Below the pieces are notes generated by a model that saw only the letters and a list, made by a program, of their open reading frames with translations, searched no databases and was not told the DNA's origin. Position numbers and translations under genes: made by a program. DNA of 33,820 nucleotides from Candidatus Pacearchaeota archaeon. Lineage in GTDB: Archaea; Nanobdellota; Nanobdellia; Pacearchaeales; GW2011-AR1. Position 1 is the stretch's first letter; every line of letters starts with the position of its first letter. Shown one piece after another: positions 16,154 through 24,418 of this stretch. Location of the stretch: positions 1-33,820 of the forward strand of contig PWGL01000110.1 in assembly GCA_003554465.1 (NCBI GenBank), given 5' to 3'.

Positions 16154-16624
16154 TTACCGATTAAATGCGATTTCAGCTTTTCTAACAAGGTCTTTTGCCT
16201 CTAACAGGTATTTTTTCATCTTTTCAATAGTTAATGTATCTGTTTTGTCACCAGTCATAATCACCATTTTATCATTTTTTCCAAATTCAAAAGGGCTTTC
16301 TTCATGTTTTTTTCCTATTTCTAATATCTTTATAACTGTCTCTAATTGATTTTGTCCGATATTATATTTTTCTGACAGATTTTTAAAACTTTTAAAATTC
16401 TCTTTGGGTTTTTTATAAATTTCTATATTTTTATGAAGATATTCGTATTGTAGTATTGAATTTATTGTCAGCTTAACTGACTTATGAACATCTTCTAAGA
16501 TTTTTAATAATATCTTATTATCTTTAACTATATTATATGTTGTGTAAGTTAGGTGGTCTGCAGTTTGCAGAAGTTGTTTAGCATTCTTTAAACTAGCTTC
16601 ATATTTTTCAGCTTTTTTTTTCAT
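16154..16624 (-). CDS. Hypothetical helical protein, 156 aa (paralogue B)
   Basis: See paralogue A. Both genes also share the 12-nt string AGGTGGTCTGCA on the plus strand, encoding the ADHL motif. Confidence 0.6.
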   Translation of the reverse strand: MKKKAEKYEASLKNAKQLLQTADHLTYTTYNIVKDNKILLKILEDVHKSVKLTINSILQYEYLHKNIEIYKKPKENFKSFKNLSEKYNIGQNQLETVIKILEIGKKHEESPFEFGKNDKMVIMTGDKTDTLTIEKMKKYLLEAKDLVRKAEIAFNR

Positions 16625-17222
16625 TTTTATTACTAGATTCTCCTATCTAGTTATTCAGTTATTATAATTACATAGAAATAGCCATTAAAATAACTTTGGT
16701 TATTGAGATTTATTATGGGATTTAAGCTTCGCAATTCTAAGAGTGATCAGGAAAAAGTCATATTCTATAGGCTTTTGACTCGTATTTTTGATAATAGATA
16801 TAGCATGTTAGGTTCATTTAATAATGCAAGTTAATATATAATGATAAAAATAACTGCAAATCTAGAAAAAATTCATAATGGGTCAACTGTGCAAGATAGC
16901 ATATTTTTTTATGGAGTATGGGATTAAGAATTTAATAAATTATATATAATGTAGTATTAATCCTAGAGATATGGGTTTTTTGTATATAGGGGTTAAAGAG
17001 TTCTCTTTTAAGGATGATGGATTGGGAAATTGATAAACATATTATATCTTTCTAGTTTTGAATTTCATGGAGAAAAGAAAACAGGTGGGGTTCGAAAGTT
17101 ATGTCTCTGCGATGGTAATAGGATCCAAAGCTAGATTTTCAAGAGATTATAGAAAGAAAATTATTGATTAAGCACGGATTATTTTTTAAGGAGAAATGTT
17201 AATGTTATATGGTTTTACATAA

Positions 17223-17549
17223 TTAACTCAAACTCATAATTGTTTCAGCCAAATCACCGTCATTTTCATCTAGAGCTTTTTTTGCTTCTTCTTCGCTACA
17301 GTCAGTTTTTTCTATAACTTGTTTGATATCTTCTTCATTATAGTTTTCTTTACCTTCCTCATTCATATCTCCTGAAATTTGAAGCGTTTCTTTTCCCTGC
17401 ATAGAAACTTTAGTTATTTCTGGGTTTTCAATAATTATATTTTTATCTTCCTGCTCTATAACTACTCTATTTGCTTCAATGTCTTCCTGACTTATCCCCA
17501 TCTGGGACATCATCTTTTTCATTTTTTTTGGGTTCATTCCCGGAATCAT
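17223..17549 (-). CDS. nac: Nascent polypeptide-associated complex protein (NAC domain plus UBA)
   Basis: MNPKKMKKMMSQMGI...VVIEQEDKNIIIENPEITKVSMQGKETLQISG is a NAC domain. The C-terminal EEDIKQVIEKTDCSEEEAKKALDENDGDLAETI is UBA-like. Confidence 0.85.
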   Translation of the reverse strand: MIPGMNPKKMKKMMSQMGISQEDIEANRVVIEQEDKNIIIENPEITKVSMQGKETLQISGDMNEEGKENYNEEDIKQVIEKTDCSEEEAKKALDENDGDLAETIMSLS

Positions 17550-17734
17550 ATTAGCGCTCCTATTAAATTTTGTACTGGGAAGAAAATTTTGAGACCTATT
17601 ACAAATAATGCTATAATTATTACAAATATAATTACATGTTTCGGATCTAACATAAACCTTGAAGGAAATTCTTCATTATACCTCATCAATCCGCCAAAGC
17701 CTCCGGGCATTCCCATACTATTATCTTTTGCCAT
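17546..17734 (-). CDS. secG: Preprotein translocase subunit Sec61-beta (archaeal SecG)
   Basis: 62 aa with GMPGGFGGLMRY followed by a single C-terminal TM helix. Its stop overlaps the nac start by 4 nt. Confidence 0.7.
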   Translation of the reverse strand: MAKDNSMGMPGGFGGLMRYNEEFPSRFMLDPKHVIIFVIIIALFVIGLKIFFPVQNLIGALI

Positions 17735-17838
17735 TTTATGTATTAATTATGAATGTTTTTTAAATGTTGTTATTTTATTGATTTGGAGATATTTATTGAA
17801 TGTGTAACATTTAAAAATAGTCTTTTCTAAGAAAAATC

Positions 17839-20226
17839 ATGGCAAAGTATAACTCTGAAGAGATTGAAAAGAAATGGCAAGAGTATTGGGAGAAAAAAGG
17901 TATTTATAAATTTTGTAAAGATTCGGATAAGGATATATATTCTATAGATACTCCTCCACCATATGCATCGGCAGGTCATTTGCATGTGGGTCATGCATTA
18001 CATTATACTCAATTTGAGATTATTGCTCGTTATAAGAGGATGAGAGGGTTTAATGTTTATTTCCCTCCTTGTTTTGACGACAACGGTTTGCCAACTGAGA
18101 AATTTGTGGAGAAGAAATTAGGGATAAATAAGAAGAATACAGATAGGGTAGAGTTTAGGAAAATATGTAGAGAGGAATCAAGAAAAGCTATAAAAGATTA
18201 TTCCGATGAAGTTTTCAAGGCATTAGGTCATTCTTATGACTGGGATTTATTGTATAATACTATTGGAGATGAGGCTCAAAAAGTTTCTCAAAAGAGTTTT
18301 TTAGATTTAGTTAAGCAAGGAGATTGTTACAGAGCTGAAGAACCTGTAATATGGTGTCCCTACCATGGAACTGCTTTGGCTCAGGCAGAAGTAATAGATT
18401 TGGATAGACATACAACACTTAATTATATAGACTTTGATATTGAGGGGAATGAAGAGAGAGTAACTATAGCTACCACAAGACCAGAGTTATTGCCTAGTTG
18501 TGTCGGTATTTTTGTAAATCCTGAAGATAATGAGAATAGTCATTTGATTGGAAAAAAGTTGAAAGTACCTTTATTCAATTATGAGGTAGAGGTTAAAAGT
18601 GATGAAAATGTGGATATGGAATTTGGAACAGGGGTATTGATGGTATGCACTTTTGGAGATAATGCAGATATAGAGAAATGGAAAAAATATAATTTGGATT
18701 TAAAAGTTTGTATAGATGAGGAAGGTAAATTAAATGAGTTGGCGGACAAGTATGAGGGGCTCGATGTTAAAGAAGCCAAAGAGAAAATAATTGCTGATTT
18801 AAGAGGGGAAGGTAGATTGAAGAAACAAGAGAAATTACAACAGACGGTAGGTTCATGTGAGAGATGTGATACACCTGTAGAATATATAGTTACAAAACAA
18901 TGGTTTGTTAAGGCTTTAGACTATAAGGATGAGTTGATAAAGCAAGGTAGAAAGATTAATTGGTATCCTAATTATATGAGAAATAGGTATGAAGACTGGG
19001 TTAATAATCTTGGATGGGATTGGTGTGTTTCTAGACAGAGATATTATGGTGTCCCCATACCTGTATGGTATTGTAAAGAGTGCGACAAACCTATTTTTCC
19101 TAGCGAAGATAGTTTACCTATAGATCCTACTCAGGAAAGTCTTGATAAAGAGTGTGAATGTGGCTCAGATGACTTTGAGGCAGAAGATAGTGTTTTTGAT
19201 ACATGGATGACTTCCTCTGTTACACCTCAAATAGCAGGGAGGTGGCTGGAAAATAAGGAGAATTATGATAATGTTTTTCCTTTTTCATTAAGACCTCAGG
19301 CTCAAGATATAATAAGGACATGGGCGTTTTATACAATACTAAAATCATATTTGCATTCTAAAAGTATTCCGTGGGAAAATATAGCTATAGGAACTTATGT
19401 TTTAGACGAAAAGGGTCATGGTATGTCTAAGTCAAAAGGTAATGTTGTTTGGGCTGATGATTTATTAGAGAGATACGATGTAGACACATTTAGGTATTGG
19501 GTCGGAAATGCTAAATGGGGAGGAGACTTACCATTTAAAGAGTCTGAATTAGTTGCGGGAAAGAGGTTTATGAAAAAATTATGGAATGCCTCTAAGTTTG
19601 TTTTAATGAATTTGGAAGATATGGAGAAGATTGAGAGGCCTGAAAAATTAGAACTTATAGATAATTGGCATTTGGTAAAGCTTAACAATTTAATAGAAGA
19701 TGTAACTAAAAGTTTTGAGGAATATGAGACAGGCGATGCTAAGAGAAAGGCCGAAAGATTTTTTTGGGACTTTACTTATAATTACTTGGAAATTGTTAAA
19801 GATAGAGTATATAAGGGAGAAGGGGAGAAGAAAAAGTCTGCCCAGTATGTTTTGGCAAAAACATTATTAGCTATGTTGAAAATGTTTTCTCCAATAATGC
19901 CTCATATAACTGAGGAAATTTATCATAAGAAATTCTCTGAATTTGAAGGAAAAGATAGCATTCATATTAGTAATTGGCCAGAGAAAGAGAAGATAGATGA
20001 CGAGACAGTTGAAGAAAAAGGAAATTTATTTATAGAAATTTTGAAAAAGGTTAGGCATGAAAAATCTAGTGAGAATAAGTCTGTTAAGGCGCCTATAAAT
20101 ATTACTATAGAGAAAGATAGCAGGGAGAAATTAGAAGGGATGATTGAAGATTTGAAAAATGTCACTAATGCCGGAGATGTTAAAGAGGGCAATTTTAATA
20201 TAGAATTTTTAAATGAAGAGTGTTAG
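17839..20226 (+). CDS. valS: Valyl-tRNA synthetase (compact archaeal type)
   Basis: IDTPPPYASAGHLHVGHAL (HIGH), FDDNGLPTE, TTRPELLP, FGTGVLMVCTFGD, WCVSRQRYYGVPIPVW and GMSKSKGN (KMSKS). The PPPY...LH-GH and CTFGD blocks are what I associate with archaeal ValRS rather than IleRS or LeuRS. Confidence 0.8.
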   Translation: MAKYNSEEIEKKWQEYWEKKGIYKFCKDSDKDIYSIDTPPPYASAGHLHVGHALHYTQFEIIARYKRMRGFNVYFPPCFDDNGLPTEKFVEKKLGINKKNTDRVEFRKICREESRKAIKDYSDEVFKALGHSYDWDLLYNTIGDEAQKVSQKSFLDLVKQGDCYRAEEPVIWCPYHGTALAQAEVIDLDRHTTLNYIDFDIEGNEERVTIATTRPELLPSCVGIFVNPEDNENSHLIGKKLKVPLFNYEVEVKSDENVDMEFGTGVLMVCTFGDNADIEKWKKYNLDLKVCIDEEGKLNELADKYEGLDVKEAKEKIIADLRGEGRLKKQEKLQQTVGSCERCDTPVEYIVTKQWFVKALDYKDELIKQGRKINWYPNYMRNRYEDWVNNLGWDWCVSRQRYYGVPIPVWYCKECDKPIFPSEDSLPIDPTQESLDKECECGSDDFEAEDSVFDTWMTSSVTPQIAGRWLENKENYDNVFPFSLRPQAQDIIRTWAFYTILKSYLHSKSIPWENIAIGTYVLDEKGHGMSKSKGNVVWADDLLERYDVDTFRYWVGNAKWGGDLPFKESELVAGKRFMKKLWNASKFVLMNLEDMEKIERPEKLELIDNWHLVKLNNLIEDVTKSFEEYETGDAKRKAERFFWDFTYNYLEIVKDRVYKGEGEKKKSAQYVLAKTLLAMLKMFSPIMPHITEEIYHKKFSEFEGKDSIHISNWPEKEKIDDETVEEKGNLFIEILKKVRHEKSSENKSVKAPINITIEKDSREKLEGMIEDLKNVTNAGDVKEGNFNIEFLNEEC

Positions 20227-20373
20227 TATTTTATATTTTAGAATTTAAATATCTATTTTAATATTGGTAATCTGCTAATATGGGTGTTTCTTACTTAATA
20301 ACCTTTTTAAATACCTTTGTTTAATTAATGGCATGGCTTGTCTCTTTTTGAGATTTGGTTTATTATATGGAAA

Positions 20374-21456
20374 ATGGTTATGTCAAGACAAGAGCTTGAA
20401 GGTGTAGTAGAAGAATTGAAAGATATTAAGGGTAGTCAGACTGAACTAATAAGTGTATATATACCTGCAGATCAAGATTTGAATAGTGTTAGGAGACAGA
20501 TGGAAGATGAGAAAGGTACAGCTGAGAATATTAAGCAAAAAGGAACTAGGAAAAATGTCATTTCTGCATTAGATTCTATAGGGAGATTTTTGAAAAGATA
20601 CAAACAAACTCCTGAAAATGGTTTGGCCATTTTTTGTGGTAATGTTTCTGACTCAGAGGGAAAGTCAGAAATCGATCTATGGGATGTGGAGCCTCCAAAG
20701 CCATTAAACACCAGACTTTATAGATGTGATAAGGAATTTGTTTTAGAACCTCTTGAAGAGCAGTTAGAGGCAGATGAAGTTTATGGTTTGGTTGTTATGG
20801 ATAGGAAAGAGGCAACTTTTGGTTTACTAGAAGGTAAAAGGGTTAAGGTTTTGAGACATATGACTTCAGGAGTTCCAGGAAAACAAAGAGCTGGGGGTCA
20901 GAGCAGTCAGAGATTTAGTAGGAAGACAGAAACAATGGCGAAGAAGTTTTTTAAGAGAGTAGCAGATACTATGAAAGATTTATTTTGGGAAAGAGATAAG
21001 TTGAAAGGGATAATAATTGGAGGCCCCATGCCTACAAAGGAAGATTTTTTGAAAAAAGGGCAGTTAAATGAGCAACTTAAAGAGATGATTATAGGCAAGA
21101 AAGATTTGGGTTACACTGATGAGTCGGGTTTAGAATTGTTGGTTGAAAAGTGCCAGGATATTTTAGAAGAACAAGAGATAATGAGAGAGAAACAGTTGCT
21201 GGAAGAATTTTTTAGGAGGCTGGGAAAAGATTTAGGAGCTGCCTATAAGGAAGAAGATATTCAAAAATCTTTGAAGTATGGGGCAGCTGAAAAAATATTA
21301 TTATCAAAAAAATTAGATAAGCCCAAGATAGCAAAGTTTACAAGAGAGGCTAAAAATATTTCGGCAGAGGTTGAGATAGTAAGTGTGGAAACTGAAGAAG
21401 GTAAACAATTTTGGAATATTGGAGGAATGGGGGCTTTGTTGAGGTTTGAAGTTTAG
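20374..21456 (+). CDS. prf1: Peptide chain release factor aRF1
   Basis: GGQ motif (KQRAGGQSSQRF), YxCxxxF motif (YRCDKEF) and a NIKS-region variant (TAENIKQKGTRKN). I set the start at ATG 20374; the track uses an upstream TTG. Confidence 0.9.
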   Translation: MVMSRQELEGVVEELKDIKGSQTELISVYIPADQDLNSVRRQMEDEKGTAENIKQKGTRKNVISALDSIGRFLKRYKQTPENGLAIFCGNVSDSEGKSEIDLWDVEPPKPLNTRLYRCDKEFVLEPLEEQLEADEVYGLVVMDRKEATFGLLEGKRVKVLRHMTSGVPGKQRAGGQSSQRFSRKTETMAKKFFKRVADTMKDLFWERDKLKGIIIGGPMPTKEDFLKKGQLNEQLKEMIIGKKDLGYTDESGLELLVEKCQDILEEQEIMREKQLLEEFFRRLGKDLGAAYKEEDIQKSLKYGAAEKILLSKKLDKPKIAKFTREAKNISAEVEIVSVETEEGKQFWNIGGMGALLRFEV

Positions 21457-21484
21457 TATTTAGTATAAATTTTATTTAGTGAAA

Positions 21485-21919
21485 ATGAAAAAAAAGATAA
21501 AATATTATAATCTTCCGTTGATAGATAGGGCAATGTGTCATTTTGAGGAAATTAGTGATAGTATATTTATTTCTTTAATTTCAGGGATAATTTTATTTTC
21601 TTTTTTATTTTCCTTAACAACTATTTTTCAGATGCATTATCTTTTTTCTTTATTCCTGTCTTATATTGTTATGATTAGTGTCAGTTTTATTTTGAATAAG
21701 AAATATATATTTAATATGTTTAACCCAAAAAGGTTGCATGAACAGTACTATCAATTCTTTATAGTTAGTATATCTGGATTTTTAATAAATGCTATCTTTT
21801 TGAATTTATTAGTGGAAATTTTAGAGATCAACTATCTTATATCTCAGTCAGTTATAGTGATTATTGGATTCCCTGCATTATTTACTTTTTATAAGAACTG
21901 GGTTTTTAGCTATAAGTAA
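21485..21919 (+). CDS. GtrA-like small polytopic membrane protein
   Basis: About four hydrophobic helices and the C-terminal FYKNWVF motif typical of GtrA-family proteins. Confidence 0.55.
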   Translation: MKKKIKYYNLPLIDRAMCHFEEISDSIFISLISGIILFSFLFSLTTIFQMHYLFSLFLSYIVMISVSFILNKKYIFNMFNPKRLHEQYYQFFIVSISGFLINAIFLNLLVEILEINYLISQSVIVIIGFPALFTFYKNWVFSYK

Positions 21920-21960
21920 CTTATTGAATGGAAATATTAAGTGAAATAATAAAAGAAAGA

Positions 21961-21970
21961 ATTTTTAAAC
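21961..21970 (+). promoter_or_regulatory. TATA-box-like element for scpB (leaderless geometry)
   Basis: ATTTTTAAAC is centred about 25 nt upstream of ATG 21991. Confidence 0.3.
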
Positions 21971-21990
21971 TTTTATTTTGTGGTTTATTT

Positions 21991-22485
21991 ATGGAAATTG
22001 GAAAAGAGAAAGAAAAAGAGTATATGAAAAAAATAGAGGCAGCGTTATTTGTTGCAGGTAGGTGGTTAAGTTTGCAAGATCTTATTATGCTTACAGATAT
22101 AAATCCTATATTGGTGAGGAAAATAATTGGTAAGTTAAAAGATAGGTATTCAAATGAAAAGACGGCACTAAATATTATGGATAACGAGGATAAGTGGAAA
22201 ATGGATGTGGGAGAAGATTATGCAGATGTTGTTAAAAGGTTAGCTACAGGACAATCAGAGTTTACAAAGGCAGAACAGGAGACATTGGCGGTAATAGCTT
22301 ACAAGCAGCCTGTTAAACAATCTATAGTTGTAAAAATTAGAGGAAATAAATCTTATGACCACATCAAAAAATTTGTAGAATTGGGCTTGGTTAAGGCTAG
22401 GAAAGAAGGTAGAACTAAAGAATTGGAATTGAGTGATGAATTTTATGACTATTTTCATCTTTCAAAGAAAGAAGAAGGAAATTAA
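21991..22485 (+). CDS. scpB: Segregation and condensation protein B (ScpB)
   Basis: KKIEAALFVAGRWLSLQDL... and ...TKAEQETLAVIAYKQPVKQSIVVKIRGNKSYDHIKKFVELGLV give the two winged-helix ScpB pattern. I set the start at ATG 21991. Confidence 0.75.
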   Translation: MEIGKEKEKEYMKKIEAALFVAGRWLSLQDLIMLTDINPILVRKIIGKLKDRYSNEKTALNIMDNEDKWKMDVGEDYADVVKRLATGQSEFTKAEQETLAVIAYKQPVKQSIVVKIRGNKSYDHIKKFVELGLVKARKEGRTKELELSDEFYDYFHLSKKEEGN

Positions 22486-22486
22486 A

Positions 22487-23719
22487 ATGGAATTTTTATC
22501 CTATATCTATTTGTTTTATATGTTTATAGCATTATATATGACCTCTTTATTTGTTTTATTATATATAAAAAATAGAAACAACATGTTTGATTATCCCAAA
22601 GCCAAAAAAGAATTTTCTTTAAGTATTATAGTCCCTGCTTATAATGAGGAAGATGCAATAAAGAAAACTATTGAAGAAATTTTAAAATCAGATTATAAAG
22701 GACTGAAAGAGATTATTGTAATGAATGACGGGTCTGTTGATAAGACTAAGGAAATTGTAGGTAAATTAGTAAAGAAATATAAAATTGTTAAAACTATTAA
22801 TAAAGAAAACAGCGGCAAGGCCGACTCAATTAATAAGGGTGTGAAAAAGGCAAAAGGAGAGTTAGTTGCTGTTGTGGATGCAGACTCTTATCCTAAGAAA
22901 GATGCAATAAGCAAGATGGTGGGTTTTTTTAACGATAAAGATATGGGTGTAGTGACGTCATATATAAGAGTTAAAAAAAGGACAAAATATATAGAGAAAT
23001 TACAGGCCATAGAATATACTGTTATATCTTGGACGAGGAAATTGCTTGAGTTTGTAGATTCTGTTTATGTTACTCCTGGGCCATTAAGTATATATAAAAA
23101 GAGCGCTTTGGAAAAAGTAGGAGGATTTGATACAAAAAATCTTACGGAAGATATAGAAATTACATGGAGGCTAACTCATTATGGCTATAAGAGAAAAGTT
23201 TGTTTACCTGCTACAGTCTATACTGTTGCCCCTGATAATATCCGCCAATGGTATAGGCAGAGAATCAGGTGGAATATGGGGGGTTTCCAAACCATTAATA
23301 AGTATAAGTCTCATTTTCTAAAGAAAGGAATGTTGGGAATGTTCATACTTCCTTTTTTTGTGGTATCTTTATTTTTAGGAGCGTTCGGTCTTGGAATATT
23401 TGTATATTTATTTGGTACAAGATTTATTTCTGCCAGGTATTCATTACGGCATAGCATTATAGCTGACACTCCTTTTGTGACTATGAGGGATTTAGGAATA
23501 ACCCCTTCAATTTTGAATATTTTTGGAATTATCCTATTTCTTTTCGCTCTAATTTATACACTTTATGCGATGAAGATTATGAAAGAACAGCCTTTCAAAA
23601 AAGAAAACTTTTTATACATGCCTATTTATTTATTATTATACCTAACATGCTATCCAATTATTATACCTATTTCCATATATAAGGTATTAAGGAAAGATAT
23701 AGATTGGGGGACTAAATAA
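22487..23719 (+). CDS. Processive family-2 glycosyltransferase (PgaC/IcaA/NodC/chitin-synthase-like beta-glycan synthase)
   Basis: N-terminal TM helix; SIIVPAYNEE, VVDADS, TEDIE and QRIRWNMGG (the D,D,D,QxxRW signature of processive GT2 synthases); then several C-terminal TM helices. ATG 22487 lies 1 nt after the scpB stop. Confidence 0.8.
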   Translation: MEFLSYIYLFYMFIALYMTSLFVLLYIKNRNNMFDYPKAKKEFSLSIIVPAYNEEDAIKKTIEEILKSDYKGLKEIIVMNDGSVDKTKEIVGKLVKKYKIVKTINKENSGKADSINKGVKKAKGELVAVVDADSYPKKDAISKMVGFFNDKDMGVVTSYIRVKKRTKYIEKLQAIEYTVISWTRKLLEFVDSVYVTPGPLSIYKKSALEKVGGFDTKNLTEDIEITWRLTHYGYKRKVCLPATVYTVAPDNIRQWYRQRIRWNMGGFQTINKYKSHFLKKGMLGMFILPFFVVSLFLGAFGLGIFVYLFGTRFISARYSLRHSIIADTPFVTMRDLGITPSILNIFGIILFLFALIYTLYAMKIMKEQPFKKENFLYMPIYLLLYLTCYPIIIPISIYKVLRKDIDWGTK

Positions 23720-23722
23720 AAA

Positions 23723-24373
23723 ATGAAATCTCAAAAACATGTTTTTTGGCAAGCATTATTAGTAGCTGCTTTTATTTTTACAGCAGGTATATTACTGGGT
23801 TTTGCCTTTGAAAGTTCAAGGTTTTCAAGAATTGAAGAGTTATATATAGAGTCTGAGCTAGATTCTCTAGATATGAAAATGGTGGGAGATGCATTACCTT
23901 TAGTTGAGGATTGTGAGTTAACTGAGAAAGTAAATATAGATTTTGCAGATAAGATTTATGAGGAGGCATTGTTACTTGAGGAGTTAGAGTCTGCTCAGAG
24001 ATTTACAGATTCTTTAAAATTACAGCATAGAAAGTATGATTTGTTAAGGGCTGGGTTGTGGCTGAATCTTATTAAAGGTAAGGAAAAGTGTGATTTTTCA
24101 TATTCTAGTGTAGTTTACCTCTACAATCATAATCCTGACAAGTTAGAAAGAAAGGCTGAACAAAAAGTTATCTCAGATTTTTTACTTGAATTAAAAAGGT
24201 CAAATCCTGAAGAAGTTTTGTTGATACCTATTGCGGTTAATATGGATCTCATGTCTGTAGATTTATTGGTAGATAAATATAATATTACATCCTTTCCCGC
24301 GGTGGTTGTTGATGAGGAGAATAAGTTTTATGGTAGTGATAATTTAGATGGGGTAAAAAATCATATAGAATAA
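23723..24373 (+). CDS. Single-pass membrane protein, 216 aa, unknown function
   Basis: N-terminal TM helix (FWQALLVAAFIFTAGILLGFAF) and a soluble domain ending ...YNITSFPAVVVDEENKFYG. That ending is loosely thioredoxin-fold-like, but there is no CxxC. The gene starts 3 nt after the GT2 stop. Confidence 0.6.
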   Translation: MKSQKHVFWQALLVAAFIFTAGILLGFAFESSRFSRIEELYIESELDSLDMKMVGDALPLVEDCELTEKVNIDFADKIYEEALLLEELESAQRFTDSLKLQHRKYDLLRAGLWLNLIKGKEKCDFSYSSVVYLYNHNPDKLERKAEQKVISDFLLELKRSNPEEVLLIPIAVNMDLMSVDLLVDKYNITSFPAVVVDEENKFYGSDNLDGVKNHIE

Positions 24374-24418
24374 TATGTGGGTCAAAAATCATATGGAATA
24401 ATATGTGGGTCAAAAATG
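24356..24418 (+). repeat. 28-nt tandem direct repeat, two full copies plus a 7-nt partial copy
   Basis: AAAAATCATATAGAATAATATGTGGGTC / AAAAATCATATGGAATAATATGTGGGTC / AAAAATG. The two full units differ at one position. Copy 1 contains the stop codon of the upstream gene, and the partial copy ends in the ATG of the downstream gene. Confidence 0.9.

Noticed and set aside
17011-17040. C/D-box sRNA candidate (GGATGATGG ... TTGATAA).
   Set aside because: The C box is imperfect (UGAUGG rather than UGAUGA), there is no CUGA D box at a suitable distance, and no terminal stem.
17063-17091. ORB-like replication-origin element TTTCATGGAGAAAAGAAAACAGGTGGGGT (compare TCCA-TGGAAA...GGGG) inside the non-coding island.
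   Set aside because: There is only one copy, the dyad is imperfect, the spacing to the G-string is longer than in the ORB elements I remember, and no orc1/cdc6 gene is adjacent.
17089-17096. GGTTCGAA T-loop-like string, suggesting a tRNA or split-tRNA half.
   Set aside because: There is no complementary T-stem (GTGGG is followed by AGTTA, not CCCAC) and no acceptor or anticodon arms nearby.
17379-17807. 142-aa plus-strand ORF.
   Set aside because: It is antisense to the nac and Sec61-beta genes and has no motifs.
20527-20538. aRF1 has NIKQ where the stop-codon-recognition motif is usually NIKS. Could this mean stop-codon reassignment?
   Set aside because: TAA, TAG and TGA all terminate well-supported genes at the expected lengths in this window (TAG: rbr, valS, prf1; TGA: pheA, the CE4 gene, the 122-aa ORF). 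I saw no in-frame stops in conserved genes. This is probably lineage variation. I am also unsure how invariant the Ser is among archaea.
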